Positions 1 to 8,256 of a DNA stretch of 64,000 nucleotides are shown in pieces. Position 1 is the stretch's first letter. Every line of letters starts with the position of its first letter. The notes beneath the pieces were generated by a model. The model was not told the DNA's origin, ran no database searches, and was given only the letters and a program-made list of their open reading frames with translations. Position numbers and translations under genes: made by a program. Source of the stretch: Azolla caroliniana (Eukaryota; Plantae; Polypodiophyta); contig JBHGNT010000020.1 of assembly GCA_043228905.1 (NCBI GenBank), positions 15,860,122 through 15,924,121 of the forward strand. Direction: 5' to 3'.

Positions 1-1812
1 TTTAATTTACTCACGGGCTCTTCTCAACTCCCTCCTCAAATTTGCTAATTTCTTCATGTCTCTCGACCTGAGTTTCAAAATCTTGAGTTTTTAATTCCAT
101 GTCATAGCTAGAGTTGTTATCTTCGATTCGCATGCTCGAACACAAAAATTTGATGTCACACGAGCCAGGTATGACCATTTTAATTTACTCACGGGCTCTT
201 CTCAAGTCCCTCCTCAAATTTGCTAATTTTTTCATGTCTCTCGACCTGAGTTTCAAAATCTTGATTTTTAAATTCAATAAGATAGCTAGCTTTGTTAGCT
301 TCGATTTGCATCTTTGAACACAAAAATCCGATATCACACGAGCGAGGTATGACCATTCTAATTTACTCATGGGCTCTTCTCAAGTCCCTCCTCAAATTTG
401 CTAATTCCTTCATGTCTCTTGACCTGAGTTTCAAAATCTTGAGTTTTTAATTCCATGTCATAGCTAGAGTTGTTATCTTCGATTCGCATGCTCGAACACA
501 AAAATTTGATGTCACACGAACCAGGTATGACCATTTTAATTTACTCACGGGCTCTTCTCAAGTCCCTCCTCAAATTTGCTAATTTTTTCATGTCTCTCGA
601 CCTGAGTTTCAAAATCTTGATTTTTAAATTCAATAAGATAGCTAGCTTTGTTAGCTTCGATTTGCATCTTTGAACACAAAAATCCGATATCACACGAGCG
701 AGGTATGACCATTCTAATTTACTCATGGGCTCTTCTCAAGTCCCTCCTCAAATTTGCTAATTCCTTCATGTCTCTTGACCTGAGTTTCAAAATCTTGATT
801 TTTTAATTCCATGTCATAGCTAGGGTTGTGAGCTTCGATTCGCATGTTGGAACACAAAAATCCGATATCACACGAGCCAGGTATGACCATTTTAATTTAC
901 TCACAGGCTCTTCTCAAGTCCCTCCTCAAATTGGTTAATTCCTTCATGTCTCTCGACCTGAGTTTTAAAATCTTGAGTTTTTAATTCCATGTCATAGCTA
1001 GAGTTGTTATCTTCGATTCGCATGTTTGAACACAGAAATCCGATATCACACGAGCCAGGTATGACCATTTTAATTTACTCAGGGGCTCTTCTCAACTCCC
1101 TCCTCAAATTGGCTAATTCCTTCATGTCTCTCGAGCTGAGGTTCAAAATCTTGATTTTTTAATTCCATAAGATAGCTAGCGTTGTTAGCTTCGATTCGCA
1201 TCTTTGAACACAAAAATCCGATATCACACGAGCCAGGTATGACCATTTTAATTTACTCACAGGCTCTTCTCAAGTCCCTCCTCAAATTGGCTAATTCCTT
1301 CATGTCTCTCGACCTGAGTTTCAAAATTTTGATTTTTTAATTCCATAAGATAGCTAGGGTTGTGAGCTTCGATTTGCATGTTTGATCACAAAAATCCATT
1401 ATCACACGAGCCAGGTATGAACATTTTAATTTACTCACGGGCTCTTCTCAAGTCCCTCCTCAAATTTGCTAATTTCTTCATGTCTCTCGACCTGAGTTTC
1501 AAAATCTTGATTTTTTAATTCCATGTCATAGCTAGAGTTGTTATCTTCGATTCGCATGCTCGAACACAAAAATTTGATGTCACACGAGCCAGGTATGACC
1601 ATTTTAATTTACTCACGGGCTCTTCTCAAGTCCCTCCTCAAATTTGCTAATTTCTTCATGTCTCTCGACCTGAGTTTCAAAATCTTGAGTTTTTAATTCC
1701 ATGTCATAGCTAGAGTTGTGAGCTTCGATTCGCATGTTCGAACACAAAAATCCGGTATCACACGAGCGAGGTATGACCATTTTAATTTACTCATGGGTTC
1801 TTCTCAAGTCCC
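1..1812. repeat. 178-bp tandem satellite array, block 1 (~10 monomers, truncated by window start)
   Basis: Monomer ...catgtctctcgacctgagtttcaaaatcttgattttttaattccat...atcacacgagccaggtatgaccattttaatttactcacgggctcttctcaagtccctcctcaaatttgctaatt recurs every 178 bp; identical spurious ORFs recur at 356 bp (114 vs 470). Confidence 0.98.
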
Positions 1813-1916
1813 TGTCATGAACAGTACTGAGACAGAGAAGGAATTAGTACTAAACGAAGGATTAGTACTATGAGAGGTGTGGAACTTCTTCGAGAGAAGG
1901 AAGAAGTGAGCGAGAC

Positions 1917-1948
<32 letters not shown>

Positions 1949-2251
1949 TGAGTGATGATAAGAAAGATATTTATTATATGAAGAGAATATACAACGGTGG
2001 CTAAAAAGGCTTAAGACTGGCGTTGAACCAATTTGGTTCAACATAATGCCTAGTGCCCTCTTTTATAGTGTTTTCAGGAGTAATCCTGAAGCTTCTAGAA
2101 TGTTCCAGAGAAATCTGGAATATACACTAATTTCCTATAATAAAATGTAAATGAAAATAATATCCTACGTATTACAATAGATGGTCTAATGGTCAAGAGC
2201 TCGACCCATATAACCTAAGGTCATGGGTTCGAGTCTTGCCATATCATGACA
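1813..2251 (-). repeat. 3' LTR of element 1 (439 bp)
   Basis: Begins tgtcatga and ends tcatgaca (8-bp terminal inverted repeat); adjacent to the PPT; differs from 7823-8261 at two positions that I could see (1949 t/a in the GA tract; 2199 g/c). Confidence 0.97.
2175..2246 (+). promoter_or_regulatory. tRNA-like Pol III type-2 internal promoter in U3 of the element 1 3' LTR, antisense to the element
   Basis: A box TGGTCTAATGG 2182-2192; B box GGTTCGAGTC 2226-2235; T8-to-T54 distance 46 nt, as in tRNA. Acceptor and anticodon stems are degenerate. Confidence 0.7.
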
Positions 2252-5200
2252 CTATCCCCCCTTTAAAACGACGAGTGTCACGAGTCGTCTTGGATTGAGG
2301 ACCCGGTTTGTGTGGATATTGACGATGGAAGTCTTCAAGAAGAGCACGAGCATTGGTTACATTCTCGATCGGTTCCCAAGTACGTTCGCTGGGACTATAG
2401 CCTAGCCAATCGACTAGATAGTAGAGCTTGTTGCGAACAATCTTGGAATCAAGAATGGCGGCAACCTCGTACTCCGGCCCATCTTCAAGCTCGATCGGGG
2501 GTGGAGGTTGGATAAGACGTTCTGGGATGGTGCTCTCGTGGTAGGGTTCGAAGAGAGAACTATGAAACACCGGATGTATTCGAAGTTGAGGAGGTAGATC
2601 GAGACGAAAAGCAACATCATTAATCTTTCCAATAATACGGAAAGGACCTAATCGCCGATAATCCAACTTCTCACATGGGCGAGTAGTCTTGATGTGTCGT
2701 CGTAGCAACCACACCCGATCTCCAATATTAAAACTAGATGGAAGTCGATGACGATCCGCGTAGACCTTGTGTGTTTGTTGAGCTTGTTGGAGATGAGTAG
2801 ATAAATCCGCTTGTATCTTGCGTAACCGCTCCAAACGATCCTCCGCGCACGGATTTGTGGACACCTCTGGGGTTTCAAGTACACTCCACCGGGGGTGACA
2901 TCCCGTATAAGCATAAAATGGCGTAACTTTAGTGGATGCGTGGATAGAGTTGTTATAGGCAAATTCGGCGAAGTGGAGAATATCTGCCCAGTCGTCCTGA
3001 TGATAGCTGAGAAAGCACCGCAGATACTGCTCCAACGTTTGATTTGTTCGTTCAGCTTGGCCGTCAGTTTGTGGGTGGTAGCCGGAAGAGAGGTTACAAG
3101 TGACCTTGAGCATGTTAAAAAGGTGCTTCCAGAATTTTGACACGAACTGGGGTCCACGATCGCTGATGATACTATCGGGGAGTCCATGATGCCGACATAC
3201 TTCACGCATGACAATTTCGGCAGTGTCTTCACTGGAGATCTCCTTAGTACATGGCAAGAAATGAGCCATCTTCGTATATCGATCGACCACCGTTAGAATC
3301 GCATTGAACCCCTTAGAGACTGGAAGATCTGTGATGAAGTCTAGAGCAATGGATTGCCACGGCTTGCTTGGAATTGATAATGGTTCTAATAAACCATATG
3401 GATGATGCCTTGGCATTTTCGCTCTGCAACATGTATCACAAGTCCGAACAAAATCCTCGACAAATTGTCGCATACAGGGCCACCAGAATGATCGTTGTAC
3501 TAAATGTAATGTTTTAGTACTACCAAAATGCCCAGCTGTATATGTGTCATGACAGTTTTGTACTACTCGAAGGCGGCAAGAACCATTAGGAACATACAAA
3601 AGTTCTTTAAAGAAGAGTAATCCATCATGGTATTTGAATTGCCGATAGTCCGTACCTGGTGGTTGCGACTGTGAACACGACGCTCGAGAGGGATCAATTT
3701 GTGCTAGTATAGCTTGGGCGAACGCATCTGTCTTCAAGTCTTCACGCATGGTATCGATAACGCGGGAATCCATAGGCATGTCAAAGATTTGTGTTGCTTG
3801 TAATCGTGCCGGTCCCAAGATGACTTGTTTTTGGTTATCGAAGGCTGGCTCGCCGGGACGGGGTGCTAGATACGAACGCCGTGATAATGCATCTGCCTTC
3901 CCTTGGTGCCTCCCCGGACGATATGTAATTTTGAAGTCGAAACGCGTGAGGAAGTGGGCCCACCGAGCTTGACGTCGATTCAACACACGAGCATCCTGAA
4001 AGTAGGCAAGATTCTTGTGGTCACTAAATACGGTAACTGGATGAGAGGATCCCTCCAGAAAATGCCTCCATTGCATAAAAGAATCCACTATTGCCAATAG
4101 CTCCTTATCATGGATTTCGTAGTTGATTTCGGCGGCATCAAACTTGCGTGAGTGAAAAGCCACAGGATGTAGCTTTTCATCATTCCCCTGTTGTGACAGA
4201 ATGCTCCCCAATGCAAAATCCGATGCGTCAGCTTCGATAATGAATGGTTTCTCCGGATCGACATGAGCTAGAATTGGAGCCGATGTAAATGCTTTTTTAA
4301 GACTCTCGAAAGCCATGTCCGTTTCTTCAGACCAGATGAACGGTTGTCCCTTCCTGGTAAGTTGTGTGAGAGGTAGAACGATCTTTGAGTAATCCTGTAT
4401 GAACTTCCGGTAAAAATTGGCAAAGCCTAAGAAGCATTGCACATCCCGTACCGAACGCGGAGTCTGCCATTCTACCACCGTTCTGACCTTAGCTGGGTCC
4501 ATGGAGATGCCTTCTAACGAAATGATGTAGCCGAGAAATTCCACTTGGTTGCACCCGAAACTACATTTTTCTAGCTTTGCATACAGACCATGTTCTCGAA
4601 GTCGTTTTAGTACTAATAGTACATGAGAATCATGTTCTTCTTGGGTCTTTGAATAAACCAGTAGATCATCCAAATAGATGATCAAACAATCATCCAATAG
4701 ATCTCGGAATATATCATTAGCCATGTGCTGGAAGACTGCCGGCGCATTAGTGAGGCCGAACGGCATGACAGTATACTCGAAGTGCCCATATCTGGTGCGA
4801 AACGCGGTCTTCCATTCGTCTCCTGGTCGGATCCGTACGAGGTTATATGCTCCCCGTAAGTCGATCTTCGTGAAGAACCTGGCACCATTGATCCGTTCTA
4901 AAAGACTTGAGATAAGGGGAAGAGCATACCTATTCCTGATTGTAACCTTATTCAAGCCACGGTAATCTACAACGAGACGAAGCGATCCATCTTTTTTCTT
5001 GACGAAGAAAATGGGCGCACCGGCTGGAGATTTCGAATGCCGAATGAAACCATTTTCCAAATTCTCCTCTATATAGGCCCGAAGGACTTCCAGCTCGGTT
5101 GGTGACAAATTGTAGATCGGTCCCCATGGCGGCTCTTTTCCCGGTTGTAAATCGATGGGGCAATCGTACGGTCGATGATGAGGAAGTGTGTTGGCTTGTA

Positions 5201-5801
5201 CTTTATCGAACACATCGGTGTAATGGCGATACTTCTCGGGAAGTTGAACGGTGGATTCTTCTTTAGTGGTGTTGGAGGGGTTTACTGATATTGCAAAGAG
5301 GAACATTTCCTCCTTGTGCCCTTCTTTACGCAACTGACGTAGCGAAATGGTTGCCATCTTCTGAGTTGACCCTTGGGTTTGTCGACACCGGATTTCTCTT
5401 GTTCTCCAATCTATGTCAGGGTTATGTAACTCGAACCACGGTAGTCCTAAAACTATAGGATGTTCTGGGATACTAATAATATTAAATGATACTACACATA
5501 CTAAGTTATCTAGGACAATATTAATGGGCTCTGACTCTTCTAGGATATTTCCGGAAGCAATGGGACGTCCATCAATGACTACTACAGAGGCTGGACACTG
5601 GAGTTTTCTTAGGGATATCTTATGAGCTTGAGCAAATTTCTTATCCATAAAGCAAGAGTTAGCTCCGGAATCTAGGAGTGCTAGGACATGTACTGGAGGG
5701 GTACTTTTAGTACTAACTATTACTTGGGCTACGAACACATCACTAACTTGCTTAGAGGGAATGGAACCACTAATGGGCTGCACAGATCTAGGGCTGTCCA
5801 A
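2244..5801 (-). CDS. pol: Pol polyprotein (aspartic protease, RT, RNase H, integrase, chromodomain). The ORF-track start is a TTG; the frame is open up to ~5855 and is probably entered by -1 frameshift from gag.
   Basis: LLDSGA protease; YLDD RT; EADASDF RNase H; H..H..CDTC zinc finger; DFITDLP / SDRGPQF / QAERTNQ DDE core; GPF motif; YEVAAILDSK..YYLVDWLGY..TWEP chromodomain. Confidence 0.97.
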   Translation of the reverse strand: MDSPRSVQPISGSIPSKQVSDVFVAQVIVSTKSTPPVHVLALLDSGANSCFMDKKFAQAHKISLRKLQCPASVVVIDGRPIASGNILEESEPINIVLDNLVCVVSFNIISIPEHPIVLGLPWFELHNPDIDWRTREIRCRQTQGSTQKMATISLRQLRKEGHKEEMFLFAISVNPSNTTKEESTVQLPEKYRHYTDVFDKVQANTLPHHRPYDCPIDLQPGKEPPWGPIYNLSPTELEVLRAYIEENLENGFIRHSKSPAGAPIFFVKKKDGSLRLVVDYRGLNKVTIRNRYALPLISSLLERINGARFFTKIDLRGAYNLVRIRPGDEWKTAFRTRYGHFEYTVMPFGLTNAPAVFQHMANDIFRDLLDDCLIIYLDDLLVYSKTQEEHDSHVLLVLKRLREHGLYAKLEKCSFGCNQVEFLGYIISLEGISMDPAKVRTVVEWQTPRSVRDVQCFLGFANFYRKFIQDYSKIVLPLTQLTRKGQPFIWSEETDMAFESLKKAFTSAPILAHVDPEKPFIIEADASDFALGSILSQQGNDEKLHPVAFHSRKFDAAEINYEIHDKELLAIVDSFMQWRHFLEGSSHPVTVFSDHKNLAYFQDARVLNRRQARWAHFLTRFDFKITYRPGRHQGKADALSRRSYLAPRPGEPAFDNQKQVILGPARLQATQIFDMPMDSRVIDTMREDLKTDAFAQAILAQIDPSRASCSQSQPPGTDYRQFKYHDGLLFFKELLYVPNGSCRLRVVQNCHDTYTAGHFGSTKTLHLVQRSFWWPCMRQFVEDFVRTCDTCCRAKMPRHHPYGLLEPLSIPSKPWQSIALDFITDLPVSKGFNAILTVVDRYTKMAHFLPCTKEISSEDTAEIVMREVCRHHGLPDSIISDRGPQFVSKFWKHLFNMLKVTCNLSSGYHPQTDGQAERTNQTLEQYLRCFLSYHQDDWADILHFAEFAYNNSIHASTKVTPFYAYTGCHPRWSVLETPEVSTNPCAEDRLERLRKIQADLSTHLQQAQQTHKVYADRHRLPSSFNIGDRVWLLRRHIKTTRPCEKLDYRRLGPFRIIGKINDVAFRLDLPPQLRIHPVFHSSLFEPYHESTIPERLIQPPPPIELEDGPEYEVAAILDSKIVRNKLYYLVDWLGYSPSERTWEPIENVTNARALLEDFHRQYPHKPGPQSKTTRDTRRFKGGIVS
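2252..2264 (-). other. Polypurine tract of element 1
   Basis: Minus strand AAAGGGGGGATAG immediately precedes the 3' LTR TG. Confidence 0.92.
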
Positions 5802-5840
5802 CCAAACGGCTCCTATTTTGGCTGGACTTAGTCGTTTAAC
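5796..5840 (-). promoter_or_regulatory. Putative -1 programmed ribosomal frameshift signal (gag-pol), element 1
   Basis: Slippery G_UUA_AAC (plus 5834-5840), 6-nt spacer containing the gag stop, then an 11-bp stem GUCCAGCCAAA/UUUGGUUGGAC (5796-5827); pol is in the -1 frame relative to gag. Confidence 0.8.
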
Positions 5841-6095
5841 TCTTCTTCTAACTGACTAAGGACATCAAATTTGTTTGCTAGATCTGGGATATTAGTACTA
5901 TTAGGACTATCAGATATCCCTACTGAAATAGGCTCGGATTTAGTACAATTAGAACTAGCGACTATTTGGTTTACCTGTCTTCTTGGCCTATGGGGGCAAT
6001 TTATTGCGATATGTCCTGGTCCACCGCAGTAAAGACATAGTCGATTTGTACGGCGTCGCTGCTTTTCTTCTTCGGATAATGGCCCTCGACGACGT

Positions 6096-6861
6096 TGTCG
6101 TAGTGTATTTCGTACACTACGTGAAAAAGTAAAAATAATATAAATGATTAAATTACATATAAATAAATAAAATAAGAATATCAAAATATTTATCACGTGC
6201 ATAGGGCAAGATTCGAACCTTGTACCTCCACGTAGCCAAACTTCAACTTTACCATTATGCTACCTTATCTTTAGTGTTCTATAAATAGATTTAATAACTA
6301 TAAGTGCTTTATTTGCGCCTACCTTTATTAAAAAGGTAAATCATGCATTTTTAGAGTGCGTGAATATTTTATAGAAAAACGCAAGCAACTAAAAAGTGAC
6401 TCATGCACATCTAGCGTGCATGAGCACTATATTTAGCAAATAAAAGCAAGGATTAGAAAAGCATCACATGCACATTTAGTGTGCATGAACATATTAGAAA
6501 AAAAAAGCATGTAGCTATGCTTAGTCTCTCCCATCACTACATAAGGATGGGGAGCACAATGTAATAGGTGTGTGAAAAATATTTGGGAAATTGGATATAT
6601 TTCCTAAAACACCAATTAATAAACTATACTCGTGGGATTCACGAGAATTCTATATCATTCTCTTTCAACCGAAGTTTATATTCTTATATTCATATTGATT
6701 AATCTAATACAATACACTCGTGGGATTCACGAGTTTGCTATAACTCTTTCTTACAACATATTTATATTCTTATTAGCCTTAAAACTCTCCTCTTCCTAGT
6801 CCAAAACCTCAGTGGTTCCCACCCGACTCACGCAAACGATCCGGAGCCGAAAGGCACGACA
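6096..6861. mobile_element. 766-bp nested non-coding insertion, probable solo LTR of a different retrotransposon family
   Basis: Ends TGTCGT...ACGACA (TG..CA, 6-bp inverted); 4-bp TSD ACGT at 6092-6095 and 6862-6865; absent from the homologous gag position of element 2 (~46817-46820); AT-rich; no visible similarity to the host LTR outside the tRNA-like boxes. Confidence 0.85.
6198..6269 (-). promoter_or_regulatory. tRNA-like Pol III promoter module inside the nested element
   Basis: Minus strand A box TAGCATAATGG (6262-6252) and B box GGTTCGAATC (6219-6210), T8-T54 = 45 nt; CAAG/CTTG stem around the T loop; TTTT run just downstream (6186-6183). Confidence 0.72.
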
Positions 6862-7808
6862 ACGTGTAGTGTCAATCTCCATCGGAGTCGGAGTATTCGC
6901 TGGAGACGCATTATATGACTCCCTCGGAAAAGGTCTTGCTACCACTGAGGCGTAGGTGGGCTCTGATCTTGCCCTCGGCATCTGTAGCTGTCGTTCCGAA
7001 CGTCGCTCAAAGAGGCGGTTGTCACATCTCACCGCACGACTGATTGCTTCTGTTAAGGACTTTGGCTCTTCGGGGAAGGTCAAGAGTAAATCCTTGACGT
7101 CGTTGCGTAAACCATAACGGAATTGCTCCATCAACGCTTGATCATCCCAAGGGATATCGGCGGCGAGTAGGCGAAAATCTGCAGCGTATGCGGAGGCTGG
7201 ACGGTCACCTTGGCGTAATCGCCGGATTTTGTTGATTGCGGTCCTGATGCTGTCAGTATCTCCGAAACATGCTTTAAACTCACCTAGAAACTCTTCAAAA
7301 TTGTTGAGTAACGGAGATTCCTTTTCTAATAGTGGAGCGAACCATGACAACGCTGAGCCACTTAACAAAGTGCCTACTAAACCCACTCGTGATGCATCGG
7401 TGGGATATCGGGAAGGATGCATTTGAATAACTAATCGTACCTGGTTAAGGAACCCTCTAAACTGCGATCGCGTTCCATCGAACTTCGTGGGAAGGCCAAT
7501 CTTAGGTTCTTTATGAATCCCTTGTGTTCCGGGCCCATGTTGTTGCATCGCTACGATGGTGGCTTCGAGTTGTTGCACGCGTAACGCAAGTTCCCCATGT
7601 TGTTGTTGCGTTTGCTGCTTTTCTAAGGAGATTTGCTGAAGATCCCCCAGCAACCGTTGGTTTTCTTGTTCCAAAGCATGGAACTTCTCCTTCAAGCATT
7701 GGAATTCCGAGAAAACAGATTGATATTCTTCAGCGCTAACAGTGGCCATGGGATGAAAGAAAAGAGGAATAAAAGATTAGTAGGAAATGAGAGAGACAGA
7801 AGGTAGGA

Positions 7809-7820
7809 AAATTGGTTCAA
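7809..7820 (-). other. Self-priming type primer binding site, element 1
   Basis: Minus TTGAACCAATTT 2 nt after the 5' LTR; no TGG tRNA-type start; exact 12-nt complement of LTR sequence AAATTGGTTCAA (minus, 8044-8033). Confidence 0.88.
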
Positions 7821-7926
7821 ACTGTCATGAACAGTACTGAGACAGAGAAGGAATTAGTACTAAACGAAGGATTAGTACTATGAGAGGTGTGGAACTTCTT
7901 CGAGAGAAGGAAGAAGTGAGCGAGAC

Positions 7927-7965
<39 letters not shown>

Positions 7966-8070
7966 TGATAAGAAAGATATTTATTATATGAAGAGAATAT
8001 ACAACGGTGGCTAAAAAGGCTTAAGACTGGCGTTGAACCAATTTGGTTCAACATAATGCCTAGTGCCCTC

Positions 8071-8077
8071 TTTTATA
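8071..8077 (-). promoter_or_regulatory. TATA box of the LTR Pol II promoter
   Basis: Minus TATAAAA, 33 nt upstream of the PBS-complementary 12-mer; identical spacing in the element 2 LTR (42782 vs 42749). Confidence 0.75.
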
Positions 8078-8184
8078 GTGTTTTCAGGAGTAATCCTGAA
8101 GCTTCTAGAATGTTCCAGAGAAATCTGGAATATACACTAATTTCCTATAATAAAATGTAAATGAAAATAATATCCTACGTATTA

Positions 8185-8256
8185 CAATAGATGGTCTAAT
8201 GGTCAAGACCTCGACCCATATAACCTAAGGTCATGGGTTCGAGTCTTGCCATATCA
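8185..8256 (+). promoter_or_regulatory. tRNA-like Pol III promoter in the element 1 5' LTR, pointing out into the satellite
   Basis: A box 8192-8202 with perfect D-arm pairing GGTCT/AGACC; B box 8236-8245. Confidence 0.72.

Larger units (their letters stand above)
5828..7749 (-). pseudogene. gag: gag of element 1, split by a 766-bp insertion (N-part 7749-6862, C-part with zinc knuckle 6095-5828)
   Basis: The two pieces join into a homologue of the intact 389-aa Gag at 46535-47704 (..PMEIDTTR|[32 protein letters not shown]..). Confidence 0.95.

Noticed and set aside
1-1812. 5S rDNA or other RNA-gene tandem array
   Set aside because: No 5S, snRNA or tRNA motifs are recognisable in the monomer.
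2312-5625. Short alternative-frame and antisense ORFs overlapping pol (also 43121-46566) and gag
   Set aside because: They are shadows of the long coding frame; their partial conservation between elements is explained by pol/gag conservation.
5828-6202. 124-aa ORF with a hydrophobic N-terminus, resembling a membrane-anchored zinc-knuckle or env-like protein
   Set aside because: It is a chance fusion of AT-rich insert sequence (I/F/L/Y codons) to the gag C-terminus and is absent from element 2.
6096-6861. Intron in gag
   Set aside because: The minus-strand ends are TG..CA with a duplicated ACGT target, and I see no GT..AG pair at the junctions that restores the gag frame; this is an insertion signature.
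8185-8256. Functional tRNA gene in the LTRs or in the nested insert
   Set aside because: Acceptor, anticodon and T stems do not pair properly and no anticodon can be assigned; kept only as a tRNA-like promoter module.
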